Made by a program: the position numbers and the translations under genes. From contig PWYU01000084.1 in assembly GCA_003567725.1 (NCBI GenBank), positions 28,102 to 92,101 on the forward strand: 64,000 nt of DNA. Reading direction: 5' to 3'. Below the pieces are notes generated by a model that had not been told where the DNA came from, ran no database searches, and saw only the letters and a list, made by a program, of their open reading frames with translations. Below, piece by piece: positions 28,567-38,513 of this stretch. The DNA comes from Syntrophomonadaceae bacterium (GTDB taxonomy: Bacteria; Bacillota; Dethiobacteria; DTU022). Positions within the stretch are counted from its first letter, which is position 1. Each line of letters starts with the position of its first letter.

Positions 28567-31500
28567 ATGAATTTGGCGAAAATGGCTGTTAAACGGCCTG
28601 TTGCTACCGGCGCTATTCTGGTTTTAATCCTCGTTATCGGGCTGGTCAGCCTCAGTCAAAGCCCCCTCGATCTTTTGCCCGACATTGAGGCTCCCGTCCT
28701 GGCTGTGATTACAGCGTTGCCCGGCAGTTCTCCCCAGGAATCTTTAGAGCTGGTGACCCGCCCGATTGAGGAGAGTGTTTCTACTGTAGGCGGGGTAACC
28801 GGTATAAATTCCATTTCCCGGGAAAATACGTCCCTGGTTATCGTGCTTTTCGACTGGGGCGCTGATGTGAAAAATTTGCGCGAAGATATCAGGATGCGCA
28901 TGGATCTGGTTGATCTGCCCGATGATGCCAGCCGCCCGATGATTCTTGAATTTGATCCCACCCTGATGCCCATCATGCAGATTTCAGCCAGCGGCGCTGA
29001 TGATCCGGCCCGCCTGACCGCCTGGCTTCAAGAAACAGCCGCTCCCAGGCTGGAATCCATCCGCGGTGTGGCCGAAGTACAGATCCAGGGCGGCGTGGAA
29101 GAGGATATTTTCGTCCGGGCTAACCCTAAAGAAATGGCCGAGTATGAAATATCCTTTGGCCAGATTGCCAGCGTATTAAGAACAAGTTTGATGGATCTGC
29201 CGGCCGGGATTGTCGATCTGGAATACCGCCAGGTCCGGCTTCGCTTCCTGGGACGTTATGCAGAACCGGAACTGCTTTCCGATTTGATTGTAGGTTTTAA
29301 AGTTGATCAAGAAGAGTTGGACCGGTTAATCGGTGAGGAAATTGAACTCGATCTAAACCGCCTGATTGAGGCTCAGGATTTTGGTTTTGCGGGCAGTGGT
29401 TCAGGTGGTATGGGCAGCCTGCCGGTTCGGGAGTTATACTGGGATGATATTTTTGACTTTAACTCAGCTGTAGTTGTCGGAGAAAGTATAATATTACCAA
29501 TAACAGATCGGGTTGCCGGTAGGGAAGATCTGGATCTTGAAAGGAGCATGCGCCTCTTTACAGTTAATCCGGAGATAACCCTTCAGGCTGAAAGCAATTA
29601 CCTGAATCTTTCTTTATCTTCACTGGGCCTGATGCCTGTTTCTGTTGATGAGGCCCCAAATGACAGCAGCTTTCCGGTCAAACTGGAGCAATTATGGCTC
29701 ATAGAATATGCCTCCTGGGATCAGGATCAGGTCATTGTTCCCCTTGACCCTGCGGCGTTGCAGGAAAATAATATTTCTTCTGCGGGACTGACCAGGTTAG
29801 CTGAACGTCATCCCCTGATAACGCAGGCAGCACCCGGCTACATTTTAATTAGCTTTCATCAAAACTGGCCTGAAATACGCGAAGAGCCGCTAATATCCAT
29901 TCCAGACCTGCAGGGTTTGCTCTCTGATTTGGAAAGTGGAGCCAGGCAGGGTTTAAATGAAGCTTCCGGCGGCCTGGAAGATTTAATGATTGAACTGACC
30001 ACAACGATGCTGGGCGGGAATACCGGCGGAAGCAGCACCGGAGCCAACCCTTTTTCTGGGGTGGATCTGGGTGATGATATCCCTGTTGATCCGGTTACTC
30101 TGGGCATGGTTGCTGAAATTGAAAAAACGCAGTATGAACCCTCCTCTTTTTCTCGCTATAACATGCAGCCAAGCATCGGCCTTTCCATTCAAAAAGAAGG
30201 GGATGCCAATACCGTAACCGTAGCTCGTCAGGTCAGGGAGGTATTAGATGAGCTCTCTGAAGAGAGTATTGGCACTTTTTCTCAGATCAGCTTTGATACT
30301 ATTTTCGACCAGGCTGAAGAAATCGAGTTTGCCCTGGCCGATTTAGCCCGCTCACTGCTTGGCGGAGCGGTCCTGGCTATTGTTGTGCTGCTTTTGTTCT
30401 TGAAAAACTGGCGTACCACCATGTTTATCGGCCTGAGCATTCCTTCAGCAATTATCGCCACTTTTACCCTGCTTTATTTTACCGATATAACCATCAACCT
30501 GATGACCTTGGGCGGGCTGGCCCTGGCGGCCGGGATGCTGGTTGATAATGCCATTGTTGTGAGCGAAAATATTTACCGGCAGTACCAGCTGGGTGAAAAT
30601 CCCAATGATGCAGCCATTAAAGGGGCCCGGGAAGTAGCCGGTGCGATCACCGCTTCCACCCTGACCACAATCAGTGTTTTCTTTCCCGTAGTATTTCTCT
30701 CCGGCCTGGCCGGACAGCTGTTCTGGGAGTTTGCCCTCACTGTTGGTTGTGCTATCCTGGCTTCATTATTTATGGCCCTTACGGTTATACCTCTGTTGGC
30801 ATCCCGCACCTTGCAGCGCAGGCACGAACAGGGATCAAAGCTTTCCAGCCTGCCCCGGCTCCCTTCCTACCGCCGGGCTCTAAAGTTTACCCTCCATCGG
30901 CCCTGGCTTGTGCTTCTCATTACAGTTATCTTCGTAGCAGGTGGCGCGCTCGGTTTTACCACCCTGGGGACAGAACTTTTCCCCAGCCCGGAGGAATCGT
31001 CTTTTACCGTAAATATTAGCCTGCCGCCGGGGTCTACCCTGGAGACAACCGATGCCTATGTGTCTGAAATTGAATCAATATTAGAAGACCAGCCAGATGT
31101 AGCTAATTATTCAGTGCGGACCGGCGGATCGGGGTTTATGGGTATGAGAGGCGGAGGAGGAGCTTCAAATGAAGCCCGGATCAGGGTTGATCTGGATCCC
31201 GCTGCCCTGGGCGAAATTGATCGTGTCATAGAAGAAGTCAGGTCCCGGGCTGACCGGTTACCCTATGAAGCAGTTAATACTTATTCCAGCCAGTCTGTGC
31301 TTGATACTGCCGGTTTTGAGGCCCGCCTTGAGCTGGTTGTCAGCGGTGATAACCTGGAGGAGGTTACCAGGATAACCGGCCAGGCGGCGGATATATTAGC
31401 CGAACATCCCCGCTTCAGCGATGTTCAGTCCTCGCTGGAAGAAAACCGGCCCGAGGTGCATATTCGTCTGGATCACAGCGAAGCCCTGCAGAAAGGGGTG

Positions 31501-32553
31501 ACTTTATCCCAGGTAGCCAGTGCTGTTCGGGAGTCTTTGGAAGGGATTCCGGTCAGCAGGATTGAAACCGCAGAGGGGATCATGGAAATTGTCCTCGGGT
31601 ATGAAAAACAGGAAATCAATACCCTTGAAGATTTAAGTGAAGTCGGGTTTTATACTGCCGGTGGGGAATTTGTGCGGATCAGCGAAGTGGCCGAACTGGA
31701 AGAAGCTTTTGGGCCCAGAAGCATTCCCCGGGAGAACCGGAGGATCGTCGGCCAGATTGAAGCCAGTTATGGAGATCTTGACCTGGGCACGGCAGCCGAG
31801 GAAGCCTTTGCCGCCCTGGAGCAGATTGCCCTGCCTGACGGCTATACCATTAACACTGCCGGCAGCGTCGTGGTAATGGACGAAGTGCTGGATGAGCTGG
31901 CGCTGATCCTGATTGTTGCCATGGTCCTGGTTTACCTGGTTATGGCCGCCCAGTTTGAATCTCTTTTGCATCCCTTTATTATCATTTTAACTTTACCTAT
32001 GGCTTATGCCGGATCGGTGCTGGCCTTAATGATCACCGGTAACAATATCAGCGTACCGGCGCTGATCGGCTTGATCGTCTTATCGGGTATCCTGGTTAAT
32101 GATGGAATTATCATGGTCGATTATATCAACCAGCAGAGAAGGCTCTATGGGCTGGAGCTAAACCGGGCCATACTGGAAGGGGCGGCCGCCAGACTGCGTC
32201 CAATTATGATGACCACAGCTACCACCGCCCTTGGTCTTTTCCCCCTGGCTTTAGGAATTGGTGAAGGAGCTGAACTGCAGGCCCCGATGGCCATAACCAT
32301 AATTGGAGGACAGTTCACGGGAACCCTTCTTTTACTGCTGGCCGTTCCTGCTATCTATAAAATGGTAACCAGGGAACACCCTGATCAGGGTGCAGCTAAA
32401 GCCGCCCTTGCTTACACCAGCCCTGCCGGGGATGATAGGGGTAAACCCCTGATGAAAATGGTTTTACGAATGGTTATTGTGTTAATCCTGGCCGCCCTTA
32501 TTCTCATACTGTTCAATGTAACCGGCCAGGAAACTTTTATGGTAATTCGGTAA
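28567..32553 (+). CDS. RND (AcrB/HAE-type) efflux permease, unusually long (1328 aa), with a ~300-aa insertion in the first periplasmic loop
   Basis: N-terminal RND signature (MNLAKMAVKRPVATGAILVLILVIGL...DLLPDIEAPVL) and 12-TM pseudo-repeat architecture. No adaptor or OMF gene is adjacent. Confidence 0.8.
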   Translation: MNLAKMAVKRPVATGAILVLILVIGLVSLSQSPLDLLPDIEAPVLAVITALPGSSPQESLELVTRPIEESVSTVGGVTGINSISRENTSLVIVLFDWGADVKNLREDIRMRMDLVDLPDDASRPMILEFDPTLMPIMQISASGADDPARLTAWLQETAAPRLESIRGVAEVQIQGGVEEDIFVRANPKEMAEYEISFGQIASVLRTSLMDLPAGIVDLEYRQVRLRFLGRYAEPELLSDLIVGFKVDQEELDRLIGEEIELDLNRLIEAQDFGFAGSGSGGMGSLPVRELYWDDIFDFNSAVVVGESIILPITDRVAGREDLDLERSMRLFTVNPEITLQAESNYLNLSLSSLGLMPVSVDEAPNDSSFPVKLEQLWLIEYASWDQDQVIVPLDPAALQENNISSAGLTRLAERHPLITQAAPGYILISFHQNWPEIREEPLISIPDLQGLLSDLESGARQGLNEASGGLEDLMIELTTTMLGGNTGGSSTGANPFSGVDLGDDIPVDPVTLGMVAEIEKTQYEPSSFSRYNMQPSIGLSIQKEGDANTVTVARQVREVLDELSEESIGTFSQISFDTIFDQAEEIEFALADLARSLLGGAVLAIVVLLLFLKNWRTTMFIGLSIPSAIIATFTLLYFTDITINLMTLGGLALAAGMLVDNAIVVSENIYRQYQLGENPNDAAIKGAREVAGAITASTLTTISVFFPVVFLSGLAGQLFWEFALTVGCAILASLFMALTVIPLLASRTLQRRHEQGSKLSSLPRLPSYRRALKFTLHRPWLVLLITVIFVAGGALGFTTLGTELFPSPEESSFTVNISLPPGSTLETTDAYVSEIESILEDQPDVANYSVRTGGSGFMGMRGGGGASNEARIRVDLDPAALGEIDRVIEEVRSRADRLPYEAVNTYSSQSVLDTAGFEARLELVVSGDNLEEVTRITGQAADILAEHPRFSDVQSSLEENRPEVHIRLDHSEALQKGVTLSQVASAVRESLEGIPVSRIETAEGIMEIVLGYEKQEINTLEDLSEVGFYTAGGEFVRISEVAELEEAFGPRSIPRENRRIVGQIEASYGDLDLGTAAEEAFAALEQIALPDGYTINTAGSVVVMDEVLDELALILIVAMVLVYLVMAAQFESLLHPFIIILTLPMAYAGSVLALMITGNNISVPALIGLIVLSGILVNDGIIMVDYINQQRRLYGLELNRAILEGAAARLRPIMMTTATTALGLFPLALGIGEGAELQAPMAITIIGGQFTGTLLLLLAVPAIYKMVTREHPDQGAAKAALAYTSPAGDDRGKPLMKMVLRMVIVLILAALILILFNVTGQETFMVIR

Positions 32554-32555
32554 GC

Positions 32556-32584
32556 GCCCCCTATTTTTAGAAGGGGGCATTTTG
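32556..32584 (+). terminator. intrinsic terminator after the RND gene (GCCCCCT...AGGGGGC, then ATTTT)
   Basis: Perfect 7-bp GC stem directly after the stop codon. Confidence 0.5.
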
Positions 32585-32698
32585 AAATCCAACTTTTTAT
32601 AGCACCGGTTTGTCCGGGTTAGGGTCAGTAAATCCGGTTTATTATTGTGGCTTTTAAGGAGCATTATGTTTAAGAGGACTGAAAGGAGCATTTAAACC

Positions 32699-33322
32699 AT
32701 GGCCCCGGTTAAGAACAATAAAAATCAGAACAGTAGCAAGCGCGACCAGATTCTCCATGCGGCTGTTGACAAGTTTTTGGAAAAAGATTTTTACCAGGTG
32801 ACGGTTACTGAAATAGCCGAGCTGGCCGGTGTGGGTAAAGGAACGGTCTATGAATATTTCTCCAGTAAAGAAGAGCTTTTCAAAGAAAGCTTTTCTTACT
32901 GTGCCGGCATTTACCTGCAGACCTTTAAGATAAATTTTGCCGAGCTGGCTTCAGCCAGGATTACTATGGAAGATATTTTAGTCACCCATCTGAATTTGAT
33001 CAAGGAAAACCGCAACAAGCTGCATCTGCTGTTCAATGAACGGCCGCAGAACCTTAAAGAGCTGCAAGCATGGATTCTTGAACAGCGCCGGGAACTGCTT
33101 AATGAACTAACCGGCTTGATCAGTGAAGGGATCAGGCTTGGCGAAGTGCGATCCGATTTAAACGTTGACATGGCCGCCCGCCTGTTCCTGGCATTGAATC
33201 AACAGGTCATTGGAGAAATGGTGCTGCTCGATAATATTGCAGTGGAAGAAGCGCAGTTAAAAGAACTGCTTGATCTGTACTGGAACGGTATCGGTAAATC
33301 AGCGCTGTGGCAGGGCCATTAA
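32699..33322 (+). CDS. TetR/AcrR family transcriptional regulator
   Basis: HTH motif VTVTEIAELAGVGKGTVYEYF. Confidence 0.8.
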   Translation: MAPVKNNKNQNSSKRDQILHAAVDKFLEKDFYQVTVTEIAELAGVGKGTVYEYFSSKEELFKESFSYCAGIYLQTFKINFAELASARITMEDILVTHLNLIKENRNKLHLLFNERPQNLKELQAWILEQRRELLNELTGLISEGIRLGEVRSDLNVDMAARLFLALNQQVIGEMVLLDNIAVEEAQLKELLDLYWNGIGKSALWQGH

Positions 33323-33355
33323 AGGGGGACCGGCTTTATAGCCCGCATCCCCCTT
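33322..33355. terminator. bidirectional terminator between the convergent TetR and flavodiiron genes (AAGGGGGA...TCCCCCTT)
   Basis: 8-bp inverted repeat with nested GGCT/AGCC hairpin; flanking A and T runs. Confidence 0.45.
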
Positions 33356-33396
33356 AAGTATGCAATATTATAAAATTAATGGTTACTCTTCAGTCA

Positions 33397-34611
33397 CTAC
33401 CGGGTTGTTGATGGAACTGCCAGGGCTGTGCCAATTTCCTGCCCGTAAGCTTTGGCGGCGGCAACTGCTTCTTCGTCCGGATTCCAGAGCATCCTCAGCC
33501 CCTGGTCATTGATCAGTTCAAAGCCCGCTTCATCCAGCAGCCCGTTGATCAATTTGACCGATTCACCGCTCCAGCCGTAACAGCCAAAAGCACAACCTTT
33601 TTTCTGCTGGAAATTAAGGCCTTTGGCTATTTCCATAAATGAGGCAATTGAGTGCAAAATACCTTTGTTAATGGTGGGCGACCCTACCACTATGCCTTTA
33701 GATTTGAAGGTTTCTGTAACTATATCGTTAATATCGGACCGGGCGGCATTATAAAGCTTAATAGTGATTTCAGGGTTGCTTTGCCTGATGCCCTTAGCAA
33801 TCGCTTCAGCGGCCCTTCTGGTGCCGTTCCACATGGTATCGTATATAATCGTAACCTGGTTTTCCTGGTATGCGTCTGCCCATTCCATGTATTTATTAAC
33901 AATCTGCAGGGGATCCTGACGCCAGATAATTCCGTGGCTGGGACAGATCATCTCCACCGGCAGTTCTAAGCCTACAACCTCCTTGATTTTTGCGGTAACC
34001 AGTTTGCTGAAAGGAGTGAGGATATTGGCGTAATATTTGATAGCCTCCCGGTACAGTTCCTCCTGGTCCACCAGGTCGTTGTACATATGCTCAGAGGCAT
34101 AATGCTGACCGAAAGCATCGTTGGGAAAGAGAATATTGTCTCCGGTGAGGTAGCAAAACATGCTATCGGGCCAGTGCAGCATTTTTGCCTCCACAAAAAT
34201 CAGCTCTCTGTCCCCAAGGTTTAACTTGTCTCCAGTTTTAACTGGCTGGAAATTCCAATCCTGGTGGTACTGGCCCCGCAGCGATTTGACAGCAGCCTTG
34301 CTGCAGTAGACCGGTGTTCCCGGTATTTCTCTAAGTAATTCACTTAATGCTCCGCTGTGATCAATTTCGCCGTGATTGGCCACAATGTAGTCGATTTCTT
34401 TTAAATCGATTTCTTTTTTGAGGTTGTTAACAAACTCTTCTGCAAAAGGCTTCCATACAGTATCGATGAGGGCTGTTTTTTCACTGCCCCTGATTAAATA
34501 GGAATTATAGCTGGTGCCTTTATGAGTGCTAAGCTCTTCGCCGTGAAATTTACGCAGCTCCCAATCAATTTTTCCAACATAGGTGATGTTATCTTTAATT
34601 TTAAATGACAT
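33397..34611 (-). CDS. flavodiiron protein (FprA-type O2/NO reductase: MBL-like diiron domain plus flavodoxin domain)
   Basis: Diiron motif HGEIDHSGAL (HxExDH) and C-terminal flavodoxin-like domain. Start chosen at MSFKIKDN, which has a GGAGG RBS. Confidence 0.8.
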   Translation of the reverse strand: MSFKIKDNITYVGKIDWELRKFHGEELSTHKGTSYNSYLIRGSEKTALIDTVWKPFAEEFVNNLKKEIDLKEIDYIVANHGEIDHSGALSELLREIPGTPVYCSKAAVKSLRGQYHQDWNFQPVKTGDKLNLGDRELIFVEAKMLHWPDSMFCYLTGDNILFPNDAFGQHYASEHMYNDLVDQEELYREAIKYYANILTPFSKLVTAKIKEVVGLELPVEMICPSHGIIWRQDPLQIVNKYMEWADAYQENQVTIIYDTMWNGTRRAAEAIAKGIRQSNPEITIKLYNAARSDINDIVTETFKSKGIVVGSPTINKGILHSIASFMEIAKGLNFQQKKGCAFGCYGWSGESVKLINGLLDEAGFELINDQGLRMLWNPDEEAVAAAKAYGQEIGTALAVPSTTR

Positions 34612-34673
34612 TGATAAAACCTCCATAATAATATTTTTTCCGGGGAATAATCATTACCACTAAACTATATCCT

Positions 34674-35000
34674 TTATGATCGAATCATGACCAGCATCAT
34701 TTTAAATCTTTCATTGGCCTTAAGGGCGTGCGGCACATCGGCTGGCATAATGATCATTTCTCCTTCCTTTACCTGATGTGACTGGCCGGTAATAATTATT
34801 TCAGCGGTTCCATCGAGAATGCAAACCATGGCATCAAAGGGAGCGGTATGTTCGCTCAAACCCTGGTCCTGGTCAAAAGCAAAGAGGGTAACATTGCCGG
34901 TCTCCTTTTTAAATATTTCCTTACTAACGATGGCACCATCCTGGTATTCAGTGAGGCTTTTTAAGTTTAAAGTCTGTGCCGTTAGTTTATTCTCACTCAT
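34674..35000 (-). CDS. cupin domain protein
   Basis: Single cupin barrel with a conserved HxH....E....H-like spacing (LSEHTAPFD...PADVPHAL). Confidence 0.55.
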   Translation of the reverse strand: MSENKLTAQTLNLKSLTEYQDGAIVSKEIFKKETGNVTLFAFDQDQGLSEHTAPFDAMVCILDGTAEIIITGQSHQVKEGEMIIMPADVPHALKANERFKMMLVMIRS

Positions 35001-35149
35001 TTTAATACCCTCCCGGGATCCTTAATTTATAACCATATCAGTTAAGTATATTTTAACACATTGTTCGCAGCCGGACAACCATTATTTGAGCTGCTTTGGT
35101 TATTCAAAGCTTGTATTAACTGATCTGTAAGTGCAGGTCAGCCTTCCAA

Positions 35150-35240
35150 TTTGTAACGGGGACGGTTCGAACGTCCCTTAAAGCATAGCTTTAAGACCGG
35201 AGGGGAGACGGTGGAACCGTCCCCTGTGGCTTAGAGCATC
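35150..35240 (+). ncRNA. copy B of the three-copy structured leader element (hairpins GGGACG-GUUCGAA-CGUCCC; CUUAAAGC-AUA-GCUUUAAG; GACGG-UGGAA-CCGUC)
   Basis: Three consecutive perfect hairpins, then CCUGUGGCUUAG. Lies ~130 nt upstream of sppA on the same strand. Confidence 0.4.
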
Positions 35241-35371
35241 AAGTAAATATTATGAGAAGACAGGGCCGGCATGACGACGAGTGAATCTGGTTTCAACCGG
35301 CAGGCAGGAAATCATTATTCGCTGTCAAAGTTAAAGCAGATGAACTCAATCATAAGTAGGAGTGGTTAGCA

Positions 35372-36304
35372 GTGAAGAAGAAAAAAATAATTATAATTTC
35401 TTTGGTAGCCCTGGCGGTGGTGGTAGTTTTAGCTTTGCCATTCATTAACGGCACAGATAGCCGGATAGAGCGAAATGCAAGGGCTGAAGACTGGATTGCT
35501 GTCATCACCCTGCAGGGAGCGATTCAGGAAGGAATGAGCGGCTTCTTTGCCGGGGGAATATCGCCGGATTATGTTTACCATCAGCTCCAGCGCGTTTTAA
35601 ATGAACCCCGGGTTGAAGGGGTGGTATTAAGGGTAGAAAGTCCCGGTGGATCAATAGCTGCTTCTCAGGAAATAGCGGCCATGGTGAGGAACTTTGAAAA
35701 ACCGATCGTGGTTTCCATGGCTGATATGGTTGCCTCTGGAGGCTACTATATCTCCGCTCCGGCCCAGGGCATAGTAGCCCAGCCCGGAACATTGACCGGC
35801 TCAATTGGAGTGATCAGCAGTTTAATGAACACGGAAGAGCTTTATGAAAAGCTGGGCATCGAGGTTGAAACGATCAAGTCCGGAAAGCATAAAGATATGT
35901 TCAGCCGCGCGTTAACTGATGAAGAAAGGCAGCTGATGCAGGATATCTCCGATCAGGCTTACGATCAGTTTGTCATGGAGGTGGCGCAAGGCCGCAGCAT
36001 GGAGGTTCAGCAAGTGAAAGAACTGGCTACCGGTGAACTTTTCCTCGGCAGCCAGGCTAAAGAGCTCGGCCTGGTTGACCGCCTGGGAGGAATAGATGAA
36101 GCCATTGAATACCTGGCGGAATTAAACGATCTGGATAATCCGGTTCGCTACGAATTTCCGGCCCCGCCTGTGTGGACTCAGCTGTTTGATTATGGCTACA
36201 GCGCTCTGGCTTCGCTGGAAAGGGCTTTTATTAACCCGGAGATTATTTTGCTGGAAAAACTAAAGGAAGGGGTGCCTCCTGATATTCGTTACCAGGTTAG
36301 ATAA
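35372..36304 (+). CDS. sppA: signal peptide peptidase SppA (S49 family, 36K type)
   Basis: S49 fold with catalytic Ser region ADMVASGGYYIS and N-terminal TM. GTG start after an AGGAGTGG RBS. Confidence 0.75.
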   Translation: MKKKKIIIISLVALAVVVVLALPFINGTDSRIERNARAEDWIAVITLQGAIQEGMSGFFAGGISPDYVYHQLQRVLNEPRVEGVVLRVESPGGSIAASQEIAAMVRNFEKPIVVSMADMVASGGYYISAPAQGIVAQPGTLTGSIGVISSLMNTEELYEKLGIEVETIKSGKHKDMFSRALTDEERQLMQDISDQAYDQFVMEVAQGRSMEVQQVKELATGELFLGSQAKELGLVDRLGGIDEAIEYLAELNDLDNPVRYEFPAPPVWTQLFDYGYSALASLERAFINPEIILLEKLKEGVPPDIRYQVR

Positions 36305-36335
36305 GCCCGGCCAGGAGTGCGAGCCGGTTTTTTTA
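36305..36335 (+). terminator. weak intrinsic terminator after sppA (CCGGC...GCCGG then T7)
   Basis: Short stem followed by TTTTTTT. Confidence 0.35.
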
Positions 36336-36479
36336 CCGGCTGGAAGCATGATTGTTAAAAAAGGGCGACTGTCCTGGCGATCTGCGAGCACTGTTTTCGC
36401 CTCAGGCAGTTTCAGCAACAACCCGGCAGTGGCTGTAAGGATTTAAAAAGCCTTGTTTTATGGGCTTAAGCGTTTGATG

Positions 36480-36560
36480 CTTTGCTTTCGTTAAAACGTC
36501 TCTTAAAGCATAGCTTTAAGGCCGAAGGAAAGACGGTGGAACTGTTCGTGCGGCTTAGTT
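36480..36560 (+). ncRNA. copy C of the three-copy structured leader element
   Basis: Identical 8-bp hairpin CUUAAAGC-AUA-GCUUUAAG. The third hairpin is retained through G-U wobbles (GACGG...CUGUU), an RNA-level covariation. Confidence 0.4.
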
Positions 36561-36583
36561 TTGATCAAAGGAGGAAACGGCTA

Positions 36584-37198
36584 ATGGAAGAAAGAACGGG
36601 AGATAAGTTAATAGAGTGGCTTTACGGGGTCCTGGCCAGGCCGGTAGACACCCTGAATGAAATAGCCCGGGAGAAACCGGTAGGGCTGGCCTTTTTAGTT
36701 TATCTGGTGGTAGCAATCCTGGTTATGGCCGCCAACATTTTCGGTGGAGAGGGCCTTGCTCCTCTGGAGGAGTTAATGTTTGAAATAGGAATAGCCATTC
36801 CCTTATCGGTAATTATGGTCGGCGGGCTTTTATTCGCCCTGGTTTCTATATTCGTTATTGCCGGGTTTCTTCACCTGCTGGCCCGCTTGTTTGGCGGCAA
36901 AGGGGGCTACTGGAATTTTTTCAGCGCCTATGCTTTTGCTGATTTTCCCATGATTATCACTGTCCCGTTCACCCTAATCGCTGTTTTTGCCGGTGTGATC
37001 GGTTCTATTTTGGATGGTGTAATTACCTTTGGCGCTTCTATTTGGACAATCGTGCTGCAGGTTATCGCTTTAAGGGAAAGCTACGGCCTTTCCACCTGGG
37101 CCAGTATTGGCGCTTATGTGATCCAGCTTATCATTATCATTGTTATCCCGCTTGCTATTGCTATCGCATTTGTGGCAGTGCTGTTTCTCGGGATTTAA
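36584..37198 (+). CDS. Yip1-domain membrane protein
   Basis: Five TM segments with a Yip1-like N-terminal region. ATG at 36584 follows an AAAGGAGGA RBS; the longer track ORF would run through leader element C. Confidence 0.5.
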   Translation: MEERTGDKLIEWLYGVLARPVDTLNEIAREKPVGLAFLVYLVVAILVMAANIFGGEGLAPLEELMFEIGIAIPLSVIMVGGLLFALVSIFVIAGFLHLLARLFGGKGGYWNFFSAYAFADFPMIITVPFTLIAVFAGVIGSILDGVITFGASIWTIVLQVIALRESYGLSTWASIGAYVIQLIIIIVIPLAIAIAFVAVLFLGI

Positions 37199-37219
37199 TC
37201 AGGCCGCTTTCAGTTATTT

Positions 37220-37477
37220 TTACAACTCGTCATCGGGCAGCAGCAGATCATCAAGGGCTTTTAATTCTTCCACTACCCAGTTAAAACCGCCCTCGAGGCT
37301 GGCCCGGTGTGCTGCCGGAGCGGCTTCAGACATAACCTGGTTAATTATCTCACGCACATTTTTCTCATCGCCGCGGTAACGGGCTTTTCGCGCTTCCACC
37401 AGGGCGCGGTGGATTTTCTTTTTTAGAGCTTCCTTTTCACCTGAGCGAAAAGGCGGTATCCTGTCATCGGTAGTCAT
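37220..37477 (-). CDS. small hypothetical protein (85 aa, charged, helical)
   Basis: Strong AGGAAAGGAG RBS upstream of ATG. No family recognised. Confidence 0.4.
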   Translation of the reverse strand: MTTDDRIPPFRSGEKEALKKKIHRALVEARKARYRGDEKNVREIINQVMSEAAPAAHRASLEGGFNWVVEELKALDDLLLPDDEL

Positions 37478-37802
37478 CTTAAAAGCTCCTTTCCTGTACT
37501 CATTTTATCAATGTTGATTGTTATTAACAATGACCCGCAGCCTGGCCATTAAAAGCCGGATTATTCTTACAGGCTGAACGATCGCTATTTCTAAATTTTA
37601 AAAATTAGGGGATAATAAGGGTAAGGTTGAAATTTTAAAAACATAAAATATTTGGAGGGGGGAAAGGTTAATCGGTTGGAGAGACGGAAATGACGGGGAT
37701 TATGACGATCTTGATCGGCAAATAAAAGAAGAGATAAACCGCAAATACGCGGAAGGCGATTTAGAATCAGATCTTGCTGCCCGTTCCCAAAAAAGGCGGT
37801 TT

Positions 37803-38501
37803 ATGCTGGGAACTACTGCCTTGATCCTGGCTGTGCTCTTTATATTCACTGTAACCGCCCGCTGGTTATACGTATTTGCCGGCCCGGCTTTTACCTTCCT
37901 GCAGGAATCCTGGGCCCTGGCAGATGATCCGGTAGTCCAGGAAGCAAGAAAATCCGTGGTCCAGGTTTATATCGATTCAGCAGCCGGCCCGCGTGGCGGG
38001 CAGCGGCGGGGCAGCGGTTTTAATATCGATTCAGAAGGTTTGATTGTGACGAACCGTCACCTGGTGGAAGGGGCTTCACTGCTCAGGGTCTCTTTTCCGG
38101 AACGGGGTGTCTATGTGGCAAAGAGTTGGGAAATATCCCCTTATGTTGATCTGGCCGTAATAGAAATCGAGGCTGAAGATTTACCGGTAGTACCCCTTGG
38201 CAGCAGGCCGGGAGTGCAGGGCCAGGATCTGCTGGTTATCGGAAATCCCCTCCAGTTTGCCCGCATTGCCAATAAGGGGGAGCTGGTTGGTTTTTCGGAA
38301 AACCCGGGCCGGGAGATCCCCTACCTGGTAATCAGGGCTGCTATTTATCCCGGCAGCAGCGGTAGCCCGCTCTTCAATGAACGGGGCGAAGTGGTGGGAG
38401 TGGTTTTCGCTACCCTGCGCAATGGCGATCCTTCAGAAGTTAAAGGGCTTGCTGTGGATGTGCGGGAGGTTAAAGAGCTGCTTGAAGAACTAAAGCAGTG
38501 A
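37803..38501 (+). CDS. trypsin-like (S1 family) serine protease without PDZ domain
   Basis: Catalytic His (VTNRHLV), Asp, and Ser motif GSSGSPLF. N-terminal TM/signal. Confidence 0.6.
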   Translation: MLGTTALILAVLFIFTVTARWLYVFAGPAFTFLQESWALADDPVVQEARKSVVQVYIDSAAGPRGGQRRGSGFNIDSEGLIVTNRHLVEGASLLRVSFPERGVYVAKSWEISPYVDLAVIEIEAEDLPVVPLGSRPGVQGQDLLVIGNPLQFARIANKGELVGFSENPGREIPYLVIRAAIYPGSSGSPLFNERGEVVGVVFATLRNGDPSEVKGLAVDVREVKELLEELKQ

Positions 38502-38513
38502 GAGGTTCAAGTA

